Assembly: GCA_965208615.1 (NCBI GenBank)
Contig: CBDBPB010000007.1
Location: 224,001 to 288,000 of the forward strand
Reading direction: 5' to 3'
Length of the DNA: 64,000 nucleotides
Origin: Spirochaetota bacterium
GTDB lineage: Bacteria; Spirochaetota; UBA6919; CBDBPB01
Position numbers and translations under genes: made by a program. The notes below the pieces were generated by a model. The model had not been told where the DNA came from and ran no database searches. It worked only from the letters and a program-made list of their open reading frames with translations. Below, piece by piece: positions 61,915-64,000 of the stretch (position 1 is its first letter; the number at the start of each line of letters is the position of its first letter).

Positions 61915-62247
61915 ATGCCATTAGAAGTTAGTGGAAAAGCTGTGGATATTGATGAAGACGGATTTTTAACTAATGTTGATGACTGGAATGAGGATATAGC
62001 GGCTGTTTTGGCAAAGACTGAGCAAATTGAGATGACTGATTCACATTGGGAAGTTATACACTTTTTGAGAGAGTATTATGAAGAATATAAGATTGCTCCC
62101 ATGATAAGGATACTTACTAAAGCTATTGGGAAAAAGTTAGGGAAAGAAAAGGGTAATACTAAATATCTTTATTCTCTTTATCCTGGTGGTCCTGCTAAGC
62201 AGGCCTGTAAGATTGCTGGTCTTCCAAAGCCTACTGGATGTGTTTAG
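61915..62247 (+). CDS. dsrC: Dissimilatory sulfite reductase system sulfur carrier DsrC
   Basis: DEDGFL...W and HWEVI; C-terminal CKIAGLPKPTGCV has both cysteines in C-X10-C spacing. ATG at 61915 follows GGAGGT. Confidence 0.93.
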   Translation: MPLEVSGKAVDIDEDGFLTNVDDWNEDIAAVLAKTEQIEMTDSHWEVIHFLREYYEEYKIAPMIRILTKAIGKKLGKEKGNTKYLYSLYPGGPAKQACKIAGLPKPTGCV

Positions 62248-62268
62248 GCTTGATTTATAATATATCTT

Positions 62269-62310
62269 AAGTGGCAAGGGTTATCCTAAACGCCACTTTA
62301 TCTTTATTTT
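62269..62310 (+). terminator. Hairpin after dsrC (terminator or mRNA-stabilising stem)
   Basis: aagtggc...gccactt stem followed by T-rich sequence. Confidence 0.5.
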
Positions 62311-62444
62311 TTATAAAGGTCATACTTTTTAAGCTACTATATATGTTATCCTTTTCTTTTATATATTTGTGATAATATAACTTTATTTATTTTACATATA
62401 AATAAGATTTGGGATATAGTTATTAGAGTGAGCTAAGGTTTATA

Positions 62445-63002
62445 ATGGGAGAAAGCGAGTTTATTTCTTATCTTATAAATAAAAAATCTGTTATTGTTCA
62501 GAAATGGCTAGACGGAATTGTAGATTGTTATTCTCCTACTACGGCTAGTTTTATGAAGGCTAAGAAAGATCCTTTTCTTAATCCGGTTGGTCATGCCTTA
62601 TCCTCCCTTATAGATGGTATTTTTAGTTATCTTACCAATAGATGTTCCTACGGTGATATTAAGCCTGTTTTAGTTGATGCAATAAAAATACTTGTGGTTC
62701 AGGATATGCCTTCTTCTCGTGGTTTAGGATTTATAAATATGGTTAAGAAGGTTGTTAGGGCTGAGCTTAAAAAGGAAATTAAAAAAGAGAACCTTTTTTC
62801 TGAGCTATTAGTTTTTGAATCAAAGGTTGATGAGGTCTTGCTAAAGGCTGTGGATATTTATATTGCTAATATAGCCAAGCTTTATGAGATTAAAGCCAAT
62901 GATATAAAAAATAGAACTTTTAAGTTATTACGAATGGCAAATCTGGAAGATGAAGCTCGGAGCTTAATGATGGACTCTACTTGTAAAAGTGGGCAGTTAT
63001 AA
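62445..63002 (+). CDS. dsrT: DsrT (RsbRD N-terminal domain protein)
   Basis: IVQKW...Y, KDPFLNPVG and VQDMPSS motifs; immediately upstream of dsrM. Confidence 0.85.
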   Translation: MGESEFISYLINKKSVIVQKWLDGIVDCYSPTTASFMKAKKDPFLNPVGHALSSLIDGIFSYLTNRCSYGDIKPVLVDAIKILVVQDMPSSRGLGFINMVKKVVRAELKKEIKKENLFSELLVFESKVDEVLLKAVDIYIANIAKLYEIKANDIKNRTFKLLRMANLEDEARSLMMDSTCKSGQL

Positions 63003-63024
63003 ATTACGATAATAGGTGGGTTCA

Positions 63025-64000
63025 ATGAAGAAAATATTAATTTCTTTAGGTATTGTTGTAGTTCTTGCGTTTATACCGTATATAGGTATATTGGCGTCTG
63101 GTTCTTTAAAGTTTTTATTTGGAGTTTTTATACCTCTTGTAGCTGTGATTGTATTTTTAGTTGGAGTTATTCGTAGGGTGGTTATATGGGGTCGTTCTGC
63201 TGTTCCTTTTAGGATACCTACTACTTGCGGTCAACAGGAATCTCTTTCGTGGATAAAGCAAAACAAGATAGATAATCCTTCATCTGGTTTTTGGGTAATG
63301 GTGAGGATGTTTTTTGAGGTATTTTTATTTCGTTCTCTTTTCAGGAACACTAAAGCTGAGCTAAGGGATGGTGGTAAAAGATTATCTTATGGTGAATCTA
63401 AGTGGCTTTGGATTATGTCTTTAGTTTTCCATTTTAGTTTATTTGTTGTTATAATAAGGCATTTACGTTTTTTTCTTGAGCCTGTACCTTTCTTTGTAAA
63501 TGCAGCAAGCTATGTAGACTCTGTACTACAAATAGGCATGCCTATTCTTTATTTATCTGGGGTTGCTTTGTTAGGCACGGTGAGCTTTTTATTTTTGAGA
63601 AGGGTTGTACTACCTAAAATCAGGTATATTTCTTTAACCATAGACTATTTTCCATTATTATTGATTTTATTTATAGTATGTACTGGACTATTAATGAGGT
63701 ATTTTACTAAGGTAGATATTCTATCTATTAAAGAGCTTGTCATTAATGTTATGACTTTTAGTTTTAGTGTTAGTGTTTTTAAGGGGATTGATACACTTTT
63801 TTTTGTTCATATTTTTTTAGTTAGCATACTAATTGCATATTTTCCTTTTAGTCAGTTAATGCATGGTATAGGTATATTTTTTAGTCCTACAAGGAATATG
63901 GCGAATAATAACCGTAAGAAAAGGCATATTAATCCGTGGAATTATCCTGTTAAACTCCACACTTATGAGCAATATGAAGATGATTTTAGGGAAACTATGA
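63025..64000 (+). CDS. dsrM: DsrM, cytochrome b subunit of the DsrMK(JOP) complex (3'-truncated by the window edge; absent from the ORF track)
   Basis: Manual translation gives WGRSAVPFRIPTTCGQQ, FRSLFRNT, FH...RHLRFF, YFPFSQLMH and SPTRNMANN...HINPWNYPVK. The frame appears open from the ATG at 63025 to the window end. Confidence 0.92.
   Translation, partial: MKKILISLGIVVVLAFIPYIGILASGSLKFLFGVFIPLVAVIVFLVGVIRRVVIWGRSAVPFRIPTTCGQQESLSWIKQNKIDNPSSGFWVMVRMFFEVFLFRSLFRNTKAELRDGGKRLSYGESKWLWIMSLVFHFSLFVVIIRHLRFFLEPVPFFVNAASYVDSVLQIGMPILYLSGVALLGTVSFLFLRRVVLPKIRYISLTIDYFPLLLILFIVCTGLLMRYFTKVDILSIKELVINVMTFSFSVSVFKGIDTLFFVHIFLVSILIAYFPFSQLMHGIGIFFSPTRNMANNNRKKRHINPWNYPVKLHTYEQYEDDFRETM

Noticed and set aside
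61915-62247. TusE (tRNA thiolation) instead of DsrC
   Set aside because: Both C-terminal cysteines are present in C-X10-C spacing, and dsrT-dsrM follow.

Overview
This is 64 kb of AT-rich bacterial chromosome, most likely from an uncultured Spirochaetota. That assignment rests on a spirochete-type FlaB, DUF2225 between cdaAR and truA, NusA with a C-terminal Zn ribbon, and a spirochete-like IF2. The backbone is housekeeping: polyprenyl synthase, recJ, pyrK, alr, ilvD, ispE, truA, cdaA/cdaR, lgt, eno, rimP-nusA-infB-rbfA-truB-ribF-rpsO-pnp, RNase J and a split transketolase. It also holds a cheW-cheR-cheB-cheA operon whose CheA ends in a CheC-like domain, a partial cobalamin cluster, flaB followed by a highly diverged flagellin-like ORF, and several exported hypothetical/TPR/WD40 proteins. 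At the right edge a dissimilatory sulfur cluster begins (dsrC, dsrT, truncated dsrM). The most notable signals are: (1) a compact cobalamin riboswitch whose sequestered RBS belongs to an unannotated 18-codon leader ORF rather than to cbiM; (2) an APH-family kinase in that operon, a candidate non-PduX L-threonine kinase; (3) an apparently chimeric dsr module in a spirochete-like genome; (4) the CheA-CheC fusion; (5) infB split by a single extra base. No tRNA, rRNA, CRISPR array or transposase was seen. All calls come from reading motifs by eye, with no database searches or folding software.
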